A DNA stretch of 64,000 nucleotides, taken from the IMG/VR virus record IMGVR_UViG_3300047170_000110. One strand, given 5' to 3'. The position numbers and the translations under genes are program-made. Position 1 is the first letter of the stretch, and each line of letters starts with the position of its first letter. Of this stretch, positions 27,234-36,201 are shown piece by piece. The stretch is from an uncultured virus (IMG/VR IMGVR_UViG_3300047170_000110) (Duplodnaviria; Heunggongvirae; Uroviricota; Caudoviricetes). Below the pieces are notes generated by a model that did not search any database, was not told the DNA's origin, and was given only the letters and a program-made list of their open reading frames with translations.

Positions 27234-28094
27234 ATGCTACAGGTGCGCCCCATGGGGAAGAAGGGTGAGCTGACGAGCAGGGAGCTGGACTGGCTGGGGA
27301 CGCGGATCCTCCGGCAGGGGGACCCATCCGCTCGGGCACACCAGGATACCCGTGCGAACTTCCGGAGGAAGTCCGGGTTCGCGGAACTCCTGAATGACAA
27401 AAGCTTTCCTTCCGAGGTTTGGTTCGAGAAGTTCATGAACGAAGAGGGGTTGAAGGAACGGATCTTCACGGGGAGGAGGGCGAAGCGCCCGAAGAATCCG
27501 TACTCGGACCGCTCCCTGTTTCGGTATTGGAGAAACTTCCCGGTCGGGATCTACTATCTGGACTTTGCTTTCCCTCCGTACCGGGTGGGGATCGAGGTGG
27601 ACGGAGGGAGCCACAACAACGAGCTGCGAAAGGCGAAGGACGTTTGCAAGGATCACTACCTGACGGGCAAGGGGTGGTTGATCCTTCGGGTGGACCACGG
27701 AGATCTCGTACGGGCAGTGGCGTTGGCTCGGAAGCTCGGGCGCCTCCGGGAGCAGACTCTCCGGTGGGTAGACCAGTTCTATGCCAAGGCGCAGACGATT
27801 GACGCGAAGTTGGTCCGATTCTATGAACGGGATGATCGTGCGGAGATTGTTCGGGATCTCTTCGAGGGTCGAGTTCCAGATGCCAAAGGCGCGGAGTTCT
27901 ATACGAACCAAAAGAAGAAGCCGCCTGTTGAACCTCCTCCGCTGGAAGTGGAGTTGAATCGCCCGGGCCCTCCGATTCGGTCGTACGCTATCTCCAAAAA
28001 GCTCGTGGACCATTGGGCTCGCCGAACGGGAGAGTCTCCCCGCAAGGTTTACTTTTGGCTTGTCGAAGAAGCCAGGCGCAAGGATAAGGGCTAG
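27234..28094 (+). CDS. DUF559/Vsr-like endonuclease
   Basis: YYLDFAFP, IEVDGGSH, KDHYLTGKGWLILRV. Confidence 0.85.
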   Translation: MLQVRPMGKKGELTSRELDWLGTRILRQGDPSARAHQDTRANFRRKSGFAELLNDKSFPSEVWFEKFMNEEGLKERIFTGRRAKRPKNPYSDRSLFRYWRNFPVGIYYLDFAFPPYRVGIEVDGGSHNNELRKAKDVCKDHYLTGKGWLILRVDHGDLVRAVALARKLGRLREQTLRWVDQFYAKAQTIDAKLVRFYERDDRAEIVRDLFEGRVPDAKGAEFYTNQKKKPPVEPPPLEVELNRPGPPIRSYAISKKLVDHWARRTGESPRKVYFWLVEEARRKDKG

Positions 28095-28880
28095 ATGCAG
28101 TATCGTGTGTACTCAGACGGAGCGTGCCTGGACAATCCTGAAGGGGCCGGGGGATGGGGCGCGGTGGTGTGCCGGGAGGATGACCGAGGGAACGTGGTGC
28201 ATCTCTGGGAGGTGGGAGGTGGGGTGAACCCCGCCTCGAACAACCAGATGGAACTGCGAGCCGCGCTGGAGGGATTACTCCGGCTGTCGGAGATGCCGGG
28301 GAGCCGCTCGTCTGGCGTGAGGGTGCTGACCGATTCGAAGTACGTGATCGGGGCGGTGACCGATTGGGTCCGGGGCTGGAAGCGGAACGGCTGGAAGACG
28401 AGCAGCAATCAGCCGGTGAAGAACCGGGACCTGATCGAAGAGCTGGATCAATTGCAGCGTTGGTTCCAAACTCCCCCGACCTGGGTGTGGGTGAAAGGCC
28501 ACGCGGGAAACGTGGGAAATGAGAATGCGGATCGGATCGCCGGACGGTTCGCAATAGGAAGCCCGCCAAGCCTCTTCGAGGGTCCGGTGGGCCAACACCC
28601 CTACTGGGGTGACGATCGCCCGCCACAGGTCAAAAGAACGCGGGCTCCGAGGTCCCCGAAGCGCACGAAGGAGGAACTGCACTCCCAGCCGTTGACCGCT
28701 CGACTCGGAGACCTGGCAGTCGTTGCCAAGAAGCCCAGCGCCCTCACGCCGCCAACCGCCAAGGAAGTGAAACAGTTTAATCGGCATTCGGGGAAGAGTC
28801 CGCGCAAGGCGTACTTCTGGCTCCTGGCTGAAAAACAAAAGGGTCAGACGCTCCCCCTCTTCAGCGAGGCCGAGGCATGA
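28095..28880 (+). CDS. rnhA: ribonuclease HI with C-terminal extension
   Basis: YSDGACLDNP, NNQMEL, TDSKYV, VKNRDL, WVKGHAG, NENADRIA. Confidence 0.95.
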   Translation: MQYRVYSDGACLDNPEGAGGWGAVVCREDDRGNVVHLWEVGGGVNPASNNQMELRAALEGLLRLSEMPGSRSSGVRVLTDSKYVIGAVTDWVRGWKRNGWKTSSNQPVKNRDLIEELDQLQRWFQTPPTWVWVKGHAGNVGNENADRIAGRFAIGSPPSLFEGPVGQHPYWGDDRPPQVKRTRAPRSPKRTKEELHSQPLTARLGDLAVVAKKPSALTPPTAKEVKQFNRHSGKSPRKAYFWLLAEKQKGQTLPLFSEAEA

Positions 28881-29377
28881 AGTTCTACGCGGGCATTGGA
28901 TCACGTAACGCAAGCCCTGCCGCCCAGGCGCGAGGCACGAAGCTCGCCAGGGAGCTGGAGAAGCGCGGCTACCTGCTGCACTCCGGGGGTGCGGTGGGGA
29001 TGGATAAGGCGTTTGAGCGGGGCGTGATGGATCCGTATCGCAAGGTTATCTTCCGGCCGGAGGACTGCACGCCCGAGGCGGAAGAAATGGCCAGCCAGTT
29101 CCACCCGGCCTGGCATCTTTGTTCGCCCTATGTGAGAAAGCTGCATGGCCGGAATTGCCAGATCATCTTGGGCGAGAAGCTCGACCAGATCGCCTCGTTC
29201 GTCGTGGCCTACACGGCGGACGAAGAGAACGGGGGGACGAGCCTGGGGCTCCGGGTGGCCCGCTCACGCGGCATCCAGGTCATCAACCTGGCCAAAGGGC
29301 CGGACCAGGAGGCTCTCGTCTGGGAGATCGTCAACTACGTCACGGGTCCGAAGGGGTTACCGGGCGAGGGGTTTTGA
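28877..29377 (+). CDS. SLOG-superfamily (DprA/Smf-like) protein
   Basis: YAGIGSR, SGGAVGMDKAFE, HGRNCQIILG, GGTSLG. Confidence 0.85.
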   Translation: MKFYAGIGSRNASPAAQARGTKLARELEKRGYLLHSGGAVGMDKAFERGVMDPYRKVIFRPEDCTPEAEEMASQFHPAWHLCSPYVRKLHGRNCQIILGEKLDQIASFVVAYTADEENGGTSLGLRVARSRGIQVINLAKGPDQEALVWEIVNYVTGPKGLPGEGF

Positions 29378-29429
29378 TTATCAGTAGTTACAATTCCGTT
29401 ATCAGTAGTTACGGCCCTATTATCAGTAG
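29378..29429 (+). repeat. 3x TTATCAGTAG direct repeat, 21-bp period
   Basis: Copies at 29378, 29399 and 29420 between convergent genes. Confidence 0.9.
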
Positions 29430-29438
29430 AATGGAACC

Positions 29439-29711
29439 TTAGCGGACGGGCTTGTTCCAGGACTTGGGGGGCGGGGGTGGGAGCGCGCCGGTGCTCATTT
29501 TTTGGTGGGTCCGGGGAAGCGGTTGCCCGTCGATCAGTACGTCGGCCGGGTTGATTTTCGCCGGTGGAGGCGTGACGACCACCGAGCGGTAGGGCTTGCT
29601 CTGCATGGGCGGGGCGAGCGCGGCCGAAGCGCTTTGGACCGCCAGTTTGGAAGCCTGGGGCTTCTTCTTGACGGTCTTGGATTTCGCTTGGGTCTTTTTC
29701 TTTTTAGTCAT
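29439..29711 (-). CDS. Lys/Pro-rich hypothetical protein
   Basis: AAGGAG RBS. Confidence 0.6.
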   Translation of the reverse strand: MTKKKKTQAKSKTVKKKPQASKLAVQSASAALAPPMQSKPYRSVVVTPPPAKINPADVLIDGQPLPRTHQKMSTGALPPPPPKSWNKPVR

Positions 29712-29970
29712 GGGCGTGCTCCTTATGGGATGCGGCTTTCTTTTGGTGGGCTTTGATGTGCTTGAGGCGCAGGAAAGCCAGGTAGAAAGACGAGGCCATG
29801 AGCGTGAGTGGCCAGAAGATCCAGCCTAAGATCACGACGGTTACCACTTCTTCGCGGTCGAGCCGCATGTGCTCGATCTGATTCTCGATCAGATTCGTCT
29901 TGAGGTAGATCGTACCCATCACGATCGCGCCCAGGACCAGCCAGAACAAAAGGTCGAAGAGAAAAGTCAT
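29704..29970 (-). CDS. small two-TM membrane protein
   Basis: Two hydrophobic segments. Confidence 0.65.
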   Translation of the reverse strand: MTFLFDLLFWLVLGAIVMGTIYLKTNLIENQIEHMRLDREEVVTVVILGWIFWPLTLMASSFYLAFLRLKHIKAHQKKAASHKEHAHD

Positions 29971-30488
29971 GCGTGTGTTTCTCCTTCCTCTTCTTCAAAC
30001 GAAAAGGAATCGTGGGAGGCTTCGAGCCCCTCGGTAGCCTTCGCCGGGCTCGCTACGATCGCAACGATCCGTTGAGCAAAGATCCCCTTCTCGGGTCTGC
30101 CTACCAGATAAGCGCTGTACGGGTCAGCTTTGAACCCCACCCGAACCAGCTCTTGGATGTGAGTCTCCGCCCAGCCCTTTTTCTCTGCGTAGGCGGAGAT
30201 TTCAGCCAGGCATTCGTCCCTCAGCGCCATGATCTTCTTGCGAGCTTCCTCTTCGGTCGGAGCCCGGGCGGTGAGATAGAATTCGTTCGGGTAGAAGTAG
30301 AACCCCGCCAGAGGATACTCGGGGATCAGCTCGCGAATCGTCGGGCTGATCTCTCGGGCCTTATCCTCCATAAGCACCCGATCCCCCGTGAACGTGACGA
30401 GCGGGCAGGCTTGGTTAAAGAAAACGCGAGCAGCTGTTCCGCGCGCAACCTTTTGCACGGTGATTTGGTTTCGCATCATTTGCATCAT
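29967..30488 (-). CDS. hypothetical protein
   Basis: ATGA-coupled in the operon. Confidence 0.7.
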   Translation of the reverse strand: MMQMMRNQITVQKVARGTAARVFFNQACPLVTFTGDRVLMEDKAREISPTIRELIPEYPLAGFYFYPNEFYLTARAPTEEEARKKIMALRDECLAEISAYAEKKGWAETHIQELVRVGFKADPYSAYLVGRPEKGIFAQRIVAIVASPAKATEGLEASHDSFSFEEEEGETHA

Positions 30489-30988
30489 AGGACCACTCCG
30501 CCCGTGTCGCCCCGGCTACCCAGGTGGGCAGGTTCAGGAGCTTTGCCCTCCTCCACTTTGTCTTTTGCGTCGGGCCTATCCTCGGGCTTGTCTTGCTTCA
30601 CTTCTTCTGCGGGTGCGGTGGCAGGAGCGGCGAGACCCTGTGGGCCCGTGTTGCCTACCAGTCCGGTGCCACCGTAAGAGCCGGGAGCGCCGGTCGGGCC
30701 AGTGGGACCCGTCGGAGTCGCCGCCTTTGCTGCGGCGGCAGCGGCCTTCGCTTCTGCTGCCGCGACATCGGCCGCGACAGTCGCGTCGATGTGATCGGCG
30801 AAAGCGCGGAGCTTCGCCGCAGCGGCAGCCGCATCCACGCGCATCAAGGGGGTAAACGCACTTCCCTTTTTAGGGGAGCTTGGATTGCTCAAGTTTAACT
30901 GGATCGCGTTTGGGGCGAGGGCGTGCGTTTGGATGATGTCGCCGGGTTCGGACAGGAAGACGGTCATCAGGACGGTACGGTTGGACAT
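30485..30988 (-). CDS. Ala-rich protein with short collagen-like G-X-Y repeat
   Basis: TGPTGPTGAPGSYGGTGLVGNTGPQG. Confidence 0.7.
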   Translation of the reverse strand: MSNRTVLMTVFLSEPGDIIQTHALAPNAIQLNLSNPSSPKKGSAFTPLMRVDAAAAAAKLRAFADHIDATVAADVAAAEAKAAAAAAKAATPTGPTGPTGAPGSYGGTGLVGNTGPQGLAAPATAPAEEVKQDKPEDRPDAKDKVEEGKAPEPAHLGSRGDTGGVVL

Positions 30989-31018
30989 GGGGATTGCCTT
31001 TCGGGTGGTATGTGAACT

Positions 31019-32161
31019 TCAGCCTTTTTTAAGTTTCGCGAGACGAGCCTCCGGGAGGCTTACGCCGCCGCAGATCGTGTAGAGCAAGAGCTTAGGCTTG
31101 CTGGTCTCGAACACGCCCTGATGGACGGTGATCGTTTTCTTCTCCGAACCCATCACGCGAGCCAGCGTCTTGAACGCTTCATCCACGTACGAGCTGGGAA
31201 GGTTGTCGAGGATGTCCTTCGAGCCGACCAGAACCCCCGCGCCGGAGAGCGAGGTGGACAGATCGATTCCTTCGACCAAAATCCCCTTCGAGAGATTCTG
31301 GCGGATCGCGTCCGAGATCTCGGAACCGGAAGCGACGTTGGCAAGCGTCGTGGTTCCGAAGACGACCGCGCCCTTGTCGAGCACCGAGCAGAGATCGGCC
31401 TTATCGAACGAACTGTAAGGGCTCGGGCGACAGGCGAGGGTGTTGAAGATGTCGAACAGGCCGCACACGTTCTTGTTGGCCATCTCGAAGACCTTGCTGA
31501 TCGAGGCGTTTGGCCACTGCTTGGCGATCTGCTCGTTGTCCACGAGGATGAGCGGTGCAAGCGTGTACTCCGCTTTTTGGAAAAGCGCTTCCATGAGCGT
31601 GGCGGAGTTGATCTGAGCGGATCCCTTTTCGGAATCTTTAGGGAGCGCGACCAAAGCGCCGACGTTTCGGTCGGGGTTCTTCTGGATTTCTTTCATGTAG
31701 TCTTGGGCGATGGCGATCATCTCCAGGCAACCGCCGTTGCCCGTACCTCCGCCACCGGCCGCGATCACGATGAGTTTGTCCACCTTGTTCCCGAAAGCTT
31801 TGCGGAAGAGCGATAGGATGTCTTCGCGGCTCGACTGCACGGCCTTGGCTCCGACGGCCGGGTTCTTGCCCGCGCCCGCTCCGTCGCCGAGCATCAGCTG
31901 GCGGATCTTCGGGATCTGGAGACCGGCGAAGTCGTTCTGTGCCGTGTTGATGGCGACGACCTTTCTATATCCGAGATTGAAAAATTCGTTGGCGATTTTA
32001 CCGCCCGCCTGGCCGACTCCGATGAAGCCGAAGGAGATGGCGGTTTGCTTCAGGTCATCGACCACTTCCGGCTCGGAGCGTTCGTAGTTCTCCGGATCGG
32101 GAGTGGAGATCTCGGGGAGTTCGCCGAAAGAGTCCTGGGGGGCTTGGGTATTGGTTTCCAT
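31019..32161 (-). CDS. tubulin/FtsZ-family GTPase (PhuZ/TubZ-like)
   Basis: GVGQAGGKIA, AINT, GAGKNP, tubulin signature GGGTGNG, LVDNE, FDKADL. Confidence 0.92.
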   Translation of the reverse strand: METNTQAPQDSFGELPEISTPDPENYERSEPEVVDDLKQTAISFGFIGVGQAGGKIANEFFNLGYRKVVAINTAQNDFAGLQIPKIRQLMLGDGAGAGKNPAVGAKAVQSSREDILSLFRKAFGNKVDKLIVIAAGGGGTGNGGCLEMIAIAQDYMKEIQKNPDRNVGALVALPKDSEKGSAQINSATLMEALFQKAEYTLAPLILVDNEQIAKQWPNASISKVFEMANKNVCGLFDIFNTLACRPSPYSSFDKADLCSVLDKGAVVFGTTTLANVASGSEISDAIRQNLSKGILVEGIDLSTSLSGAGVLVGSKDILDNLPSSYVDEAFKTLARVMGSEKKTITVHQGVFETSKPKLLLYTICGGVSLPEARLAKLKKG

Positions 32162-32163
32162 AG

Positions 32164-32580
32164 TCACTTCTTTCCCTTCGATTGAATCATTGTTTTTTTG
32201 GCGGCAGGCTGTTCGATCCACCAGGCTTCGATACCGTTACGGACCACCACGACGCTGCCGGGGTTGTCGAGCGCCTGGAGAAATAATCCCGCAATCGCGT
32301 CCAGTTCCTCGCAGGTAGGCTCCCATTGATTTTCTAGCCCCGCGCGAACCATCAAAATGTGGTTGCTCGGAAACGCCGTGCTGCTGGGTTTGATCTCAGG
32401 AGCTTTGACCGCCTTGCCTTTCGCTTGTAGACGGCAGGGTTTCCCTGCTTGTCGTATTTGAGAAAGAAGGCGACCTGTTGCACGGCTTTGGATTTTTTTC
32501 TGGCCATGTCCTCCCTTTACTAATTCGAAAGAAATTTCAAATTTGGCGCGGGGCAGAATGTTAATTCTCATGAATTTCAA
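32164..32580 (-). CDS. hypothetical protein, start uncertain; possible portal-like fragment
   Basis: AGLENQWEPTCEELDAIAGLFLQALDNPGSVVVVRNGI. Confidence 0.45.
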   Translation of the reverse strand: MKFMRINILPRAKFEISFELVKGGHGQKKIQSRATGRLLSQIRQAGKPCRLQAKGKAVKAPEIKPSSTAFPSNHILMVRAGLENQWEPTCEELDAIAGLFLQALDNPGSVVVVRNGIEAWWIEQPAAKKTMIQSKGKK

Positions 32581-32642
32581 TTAACCCCCACTAGACAACC
32601 AGCCAAGCCTGTGGCGTACTCGCTGGCTCAAGCGTGTAACCG

Positions 32643-33296
32643 ATGTGTGAGGGGGTTCGTGTGGGGAGTTTGATTCTGGTGGAGGGTCTGATTGGGGCAG
32701 GGAAAACCACGTTCTGCGACTTGCTGGCGGAACGGAAGGGGTACCGGGTGATGTACGAACCGGTGAAGGAGAACCCCTACTTGGAGAAGTTCTACGGGGA
32801 TCCGAAGCGCTGGGCGCTGGAGATGCAGTTCTATCTCATGTCGCACCGCTTCAAGCAGCATCAGGAAGCGGTCGAGCATATCTGGCGGACCGGCCAGTCG
32901 GTCCTGATGGATCGCTCGATCTATGGGGACAAGGTGTTCTGCTACCTGAACTACCAGTCGGGGAACATCGACGAGGAAGGGTACCGTTCGTACTGCCACA
33001 TGCGGGACGCGATGTTCAAATTCGTCATGGTTCCGCAGCTGACTTTCTACCTGCACGTGAAGCCCGAGAAGTGTCTGCAACGAATTCAATCGAGGGGAAG
33101 GGATTGCGAGAAGGCGATCCCCGTCGATTACCTTCAGGGACTAGATGCCGAGTACGCGAAGCTCATGGATGAGCTGAAGGACCGGGGTTCCAAAGTCGTG
33201 GCGGTGGATTGGAACGAGTTCCAGGCGATCGAGACGATCTGCGATCGGTACGCGGGAGTCCTGCCTAAGAACTTCGACAACTATCCGAAGCTCTGA
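32643..33296 (+). CDS. deoxynucleoside kinase
   Basis: VEGLIGAGKTT, YEPV, DRSIYGD, RIQSRGRDCE. Confidence 0.93.
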   Translation: MCEGVRVGSLILVEGLIGAGKTTFCDLLAERKGYRVMYEPVKENPYLEKFYGDPKRWALEMQFYLMSHRFKQHQEAVEHIWRTGQSVLMDRSIYGDKVFCYLNYQSGNIDEEGYRSYCHMRDAMFKFVMVPQLTFYLHVKPEKCLQRIQSRGRDCEKAIPVDYLQGLDAEYAKLMDELKDRGSKVVAVDWNEFQAIETICDRYAGVLPKNFDNYPKL

Positions 33297-33299
33297 GCC

Positions 33300-33575
33300 T
33301 CAGTTGTCCTGCTCGCGCTGTTCTGGTTTGTAGACCGGATGGGCGGATTTTCCGTCCACGCAGCGGACCAGATCTTGGAGAAGCTTTTCGTTTTCCGCCT
33401 CCTGCTCTCTGACGAGAGCCTGGCAGAGCGGGAGCGTGACCTTCTCGTCCCACTGCTTCCAGCCGACATCGAGGTTCTTCGCGTCGATGATTTCCAGCGT
33501 GCAGTCTTTCTTGGGCGGCGGCGCGGAAGCGCAACCGGTTAGGATCAGGACTAAAACGAGGGGGAGCTGTTTCAT
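33300..33575 (-). CDS. small lipoprotein
   Basis: Lipobox ILTGC after a hydrophobic leader. Confidence 0.7.
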   Translation of the reverse strand: MKQLPLVLVLILTGCASAPPPKKDCTLEIIDAKNLDVGWKQWDEKVTLPLCQALVREQEAENEKLLQDLVRCVDGKSAHPVYKPEQREQDN

Positions 33576-34142
33576 TCAGCTGCGAATCCCGGAAGCGGAG
33601 ATCACGAGCTGGGTGGTTTGATCGGCGGGGGTGGCGTCCGTATGGATCACCAGATCCCAAGCGGTGTGCGGCACGTCGTCCAGATCGATTTCGCTCTGGT
33701 GGTTTTCCGTATCCCGCCAGGCGTCCGCGCGGACCTTGCGGACTTCACGCCCGCAAGTCAGCCGGACCTTGAACGCTTCGGGGAAACCGAAGAGTTCGTT
33801 CTTGAACCGGCAGTCGTCGATGATGGCGATCCGCTTGTCCTGTTCCGGTCCGTCCATGAATAGGCCGATCTTCCGTTTGGCCAGGTTGACCCAGACGTTT
33901 TCTCCATGCACTTGGCGGCCCCATTCGGTGCCGAGCAGCTGGAGGAGCTTGCCGTCTTTTTTGGGGACTTCCATCTCGTACTCTTCGGAGAGAACTCCGA
34001 GAACTCGGTCGTGCATCCGGTAAAGGGGGTCGGCGAACTTGAGGCCCAGCACGTGGTATCCTGCGGCCTTCAGTTGAACGGTCAAGTTGGTCGTGAGGGT
34101 GGACTTGCCCGATCCCTGCTTGCCGCTTATGAGGAAGATCAT
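33576..34142 (-). CDS. deoxynucleoside monophosphate kinase
   Basis: ISGKQGSGKST, FADPL, LQLLGTEWGR, DDCRFKNE, HQSE. Confidence 0.9.
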   Translation of the reverse strand: MIFLISGKQGSGKSTLTTNLTVQLKAAGYHVLGLKFADPLYRMHDRVLGVLSEEYEMEVPKKDGKLLQLLGTEWGRQVHGENVWVNLAKRKIGLFMDGPEQDKRIAIIDDCRFKNELFGFPEAFKVRLTCGREVRKVRADAWRDTENHQSEIDLDDVPHTAWDLVIHTDATPADQTTQLVISASGIRS

Positions 34143-34160
34143 TCGTTTCTCCTAGCTAGG

Positions 34161-35630
34161 TTAAATGGCGACTGGTGCCTTGATGGCTGGCCATGATTGG
34201 TAGTTTACCAATTCGATGTCAGAGAACGTGAAGTCGTCAATATTCTTGATCGCCGGGTTGAGCTTGAGCGTGGGCAGCATCATCGGCTCCCGGGACAGCT
34301 GGAGGTTCACCTGCTCGAAGTGGTTCGAATAGATGTGGAGGTCCCCGAAGCTGTGGACGAACTCGTCCGGTACCATTCCGACGACTTGCGCGACCATGTG
34401 GGTAAGGAGCGCGTAGCTCGCGATGTTGAACGGCACGCCCAGGAACGCGTCCGCCGAACGCTGGTACATGTGGCAGGAGAGGGCGCGGGAAGGGATGCCT
34501 GACTCATCGAGATCTGACGCGGAAAGCGTATTAACAGACCGACCCCCATTCGTACGGCTTTTGCCCAGGATGTCGCGGCGCTGCTCCAGCGTCAGTGGTC
34601 GCGTCCAGAACTGGTAGAACGCGTGGCAGGGAGGGAGCTTCTGCTTCGGTACGTCGGCCGGGTTCCAGGCCGTGACGATCAGACGGCGGTCGTCCGGCTT
34701 GGTCTTGATGCGCTCGATGACTTCGGCGAGCTGGTCGATGAGTCGGATTCTGGGGATAAAACCGGCAGGGTTTTCGATTTGCTCAAAAGTAAAACCTTTG
34801 TGTCCGCTGCGTTCACCTCTAAGACATTTTGAAATAGATGACCGGTCCAGGTCATAGTTTTGGCAAACGAAACCAAGATTCATGGTTAGAAAGGAGTTCC
34901 CTTCAGGGGTAGTCACCTTCACGACAGAAGACCTTGATGTGTTGAGTCGCTGCTCCTTCTCAGAAGCCCAAATACAATCTTCAGGACCGTAACGGTTACT
35001 ACCAGAGCAGTCCTTATCGAGACTGTATTTTTCCGGGTATGCTTTCTTTAGCCCCCAGTTTTCCAACTTTTGTACGTCATCTACGAAGTTTTGAAAATCA
35101 AACCACCGGGAGTCAACATGAACGCCTTTAGCACCGTACCATTGAAAATGCTCTCGGCTCTCGTTGTAGCACCTGTGAAGCATCTCCGACCAAGTGTTGT
35201 ACAAATTTTGGTGCAAGGTTGAAATTGATCGCAGATCACCGTTTTTACCTACCCCAGCCACGAGGCTGCTGTCCAACATCACTGCGGGCTTGGGGTAAAT
35301 TTTAGGCTCTACGAATCGAATGTCTTCCCACTCGCGCCATTCTTTTCCGTAAACTGGCCCGAGATCCCCATGGGCTCCCTGCCATTCATTCCATATCGTG
35401 ACCCCGTTGTCCTTCAGGTACTTGATGTTGGTCGAGCCAGAGATGAGCCAGAGTAGCTCGTGAACCACTGACTTCCAGTGGATCTTCTTGGTCGTGCAGA
35501 TAGGGAAACCCTGGGAGAGATCAAAGCGTATTTGCCGCCCGAATACACTCGTCGTACCTGTCCCGGTACGATCCCCCTTTTTCGTTCCATTTTCCAAAAT
35601 ATCTTTCAACAAATCTAAGTATACTTTCAC
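34161..35630 (-). CDS. thyA: thymidylate synthase with in-frame endonuclease insertion
   Basis: DRTGTGT, ELLWLISG, LGPVYG, AWNP, LPPCH, YQRSAD, GVPFN, HIYSNH; about 200 aa longer than usual. Confidence 0.95.
   Translation of the reverse strand: MKVYLDLLKDILENGTKKGDRTGTGTTSVFGRQIRFDLSQGFPICTTKKIHWKSVVHELLWLISGSTNIKYLKDNGVTIWNEWQGAHGDLGPVYGKEWREWEDIRFVEPKIYPKPAVMLDSSLVAGVGKNGDLRSISTLHQNLYNTWSEMLHRCYNESREHFQWYGAKGVHVDSRWFDFQNFVDDVQKLENWGLKKAYPEKYSLDKDCSGSNRYGPEDCIWASEKEQRLNTSRSSVVKVTTPEGNSFLTMNLGFVCQNYDLDRSSISKCLRGERSGHKGFTFEQIENPAGFIPRIRLIDQLAEVIERIKTKPDDRRLIVTAWNPADVPKQKLPPCHAFYQFWTRPLTLEQRRDILGKSRTNGGRSVNTLSASDLDESGIPSRALSCHMYQRSADAFLGVPFNIASYALLTHMVAQVVGMVPDEFVHSFGDLHIYSNHFEQVNLQLSREPMMLPTLKLNPAIKNIDDFTFSDIELVNYQSWPAIKAPVAI
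34740..35321 (-). mobile_element. HNH-type homing-endonuclease-like domain plus NUMOD1-like HTH inserted in frame in thyA
   Basis: WSEMLHRCY...YGAKGVHV...W..FQNF, LDKD...YGPEDCIW...Q..N, SSISKCLRG...HKGFTF; visibly AT-richer than the downstream thyA. Confidence 0.75.
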
Positions 35631-35853
35631 GTCTAAGTTCCTCTCTGCTGGGTAAAATTACAGCCAACTCTTCGGGCCAACCTGCTTTAAGTCTGTGTCG
35701 AACAGTATCGATCCGTACTGATCCGTACTTCGGTCCCGGACCGTCCGGTGCTTCTCGCCGAAGAGGGCACCACTTCGGCCAGGGCCACCATAGACCTGGG
35801 GCGGATTGGGCCAATCGATGCCGGTCAGCTCGCCCACTATTTCACCGTTGACT

Positions 35854-36201
35854 TTAATCGAGCCGATAGGCTTTTTCACTTCTTGCTCCGGTTACACCGA
35901 CTGGCTGGCTTTCGCGGCGTTGCATGGTAGGAATGTACGGGCCGTCGGGGTCATCCGCGCCTTTGGGCTCCCCATCGATAAGAGCCGCAATCGCCGCCGT
36001 GATTTCGACCTGGCTCCGAGGGGCAAAAAGGTTCAAGGTGACTGTCTGGCCCGCAAAGCTTGTTTTCGCGTCATGGACGCCCAAGGCCATAGCCGCGTTA
36101 GCACCCACTCCTTCCACGTCAAAATCGGTGGTGTCGATAGTGGCACCCGAGGCGACACTAGTGTAGGCTTTGAGGTAGTATTCGTAATCTGGTCGTTTCA
36201 T
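35854..36201 (-). CDS. hypothetical protein
   Basis: AAGGAG RBS, ATGA coupling. Confidence 0.6.
   Translation of the reverse strand: MKRPDYEYYLKAYTSVASGATIDTTDFDVEGVGANAAMALGVHDAKTSFAGQTVTLNLFAPRSQVEITAAIAALIDGEPKGADDPDGPYIPTMQRRESQPVGVTGARSEKAYRLD

Noticed and set aside
26716..28880. Retron or DGR suggested by ncRNA plus RNase H
   Set aside because: No reverse transcriptase and no TR/VR repeat pair seen in the window.
29378..29429. Mini-CRISPR array
   Set aside because: Repeats of 10-14 bp and spacers of about 7-11 bp are far too short; no cas genes are visible.
34740..35321. Intein or group I intron in thyA
   Set aside because: No N-terminal Cys/Ser, no His-Asn/Cys junction, no non-coding flanks or recognisable P7 motifs; kept as an in-frame insertion.
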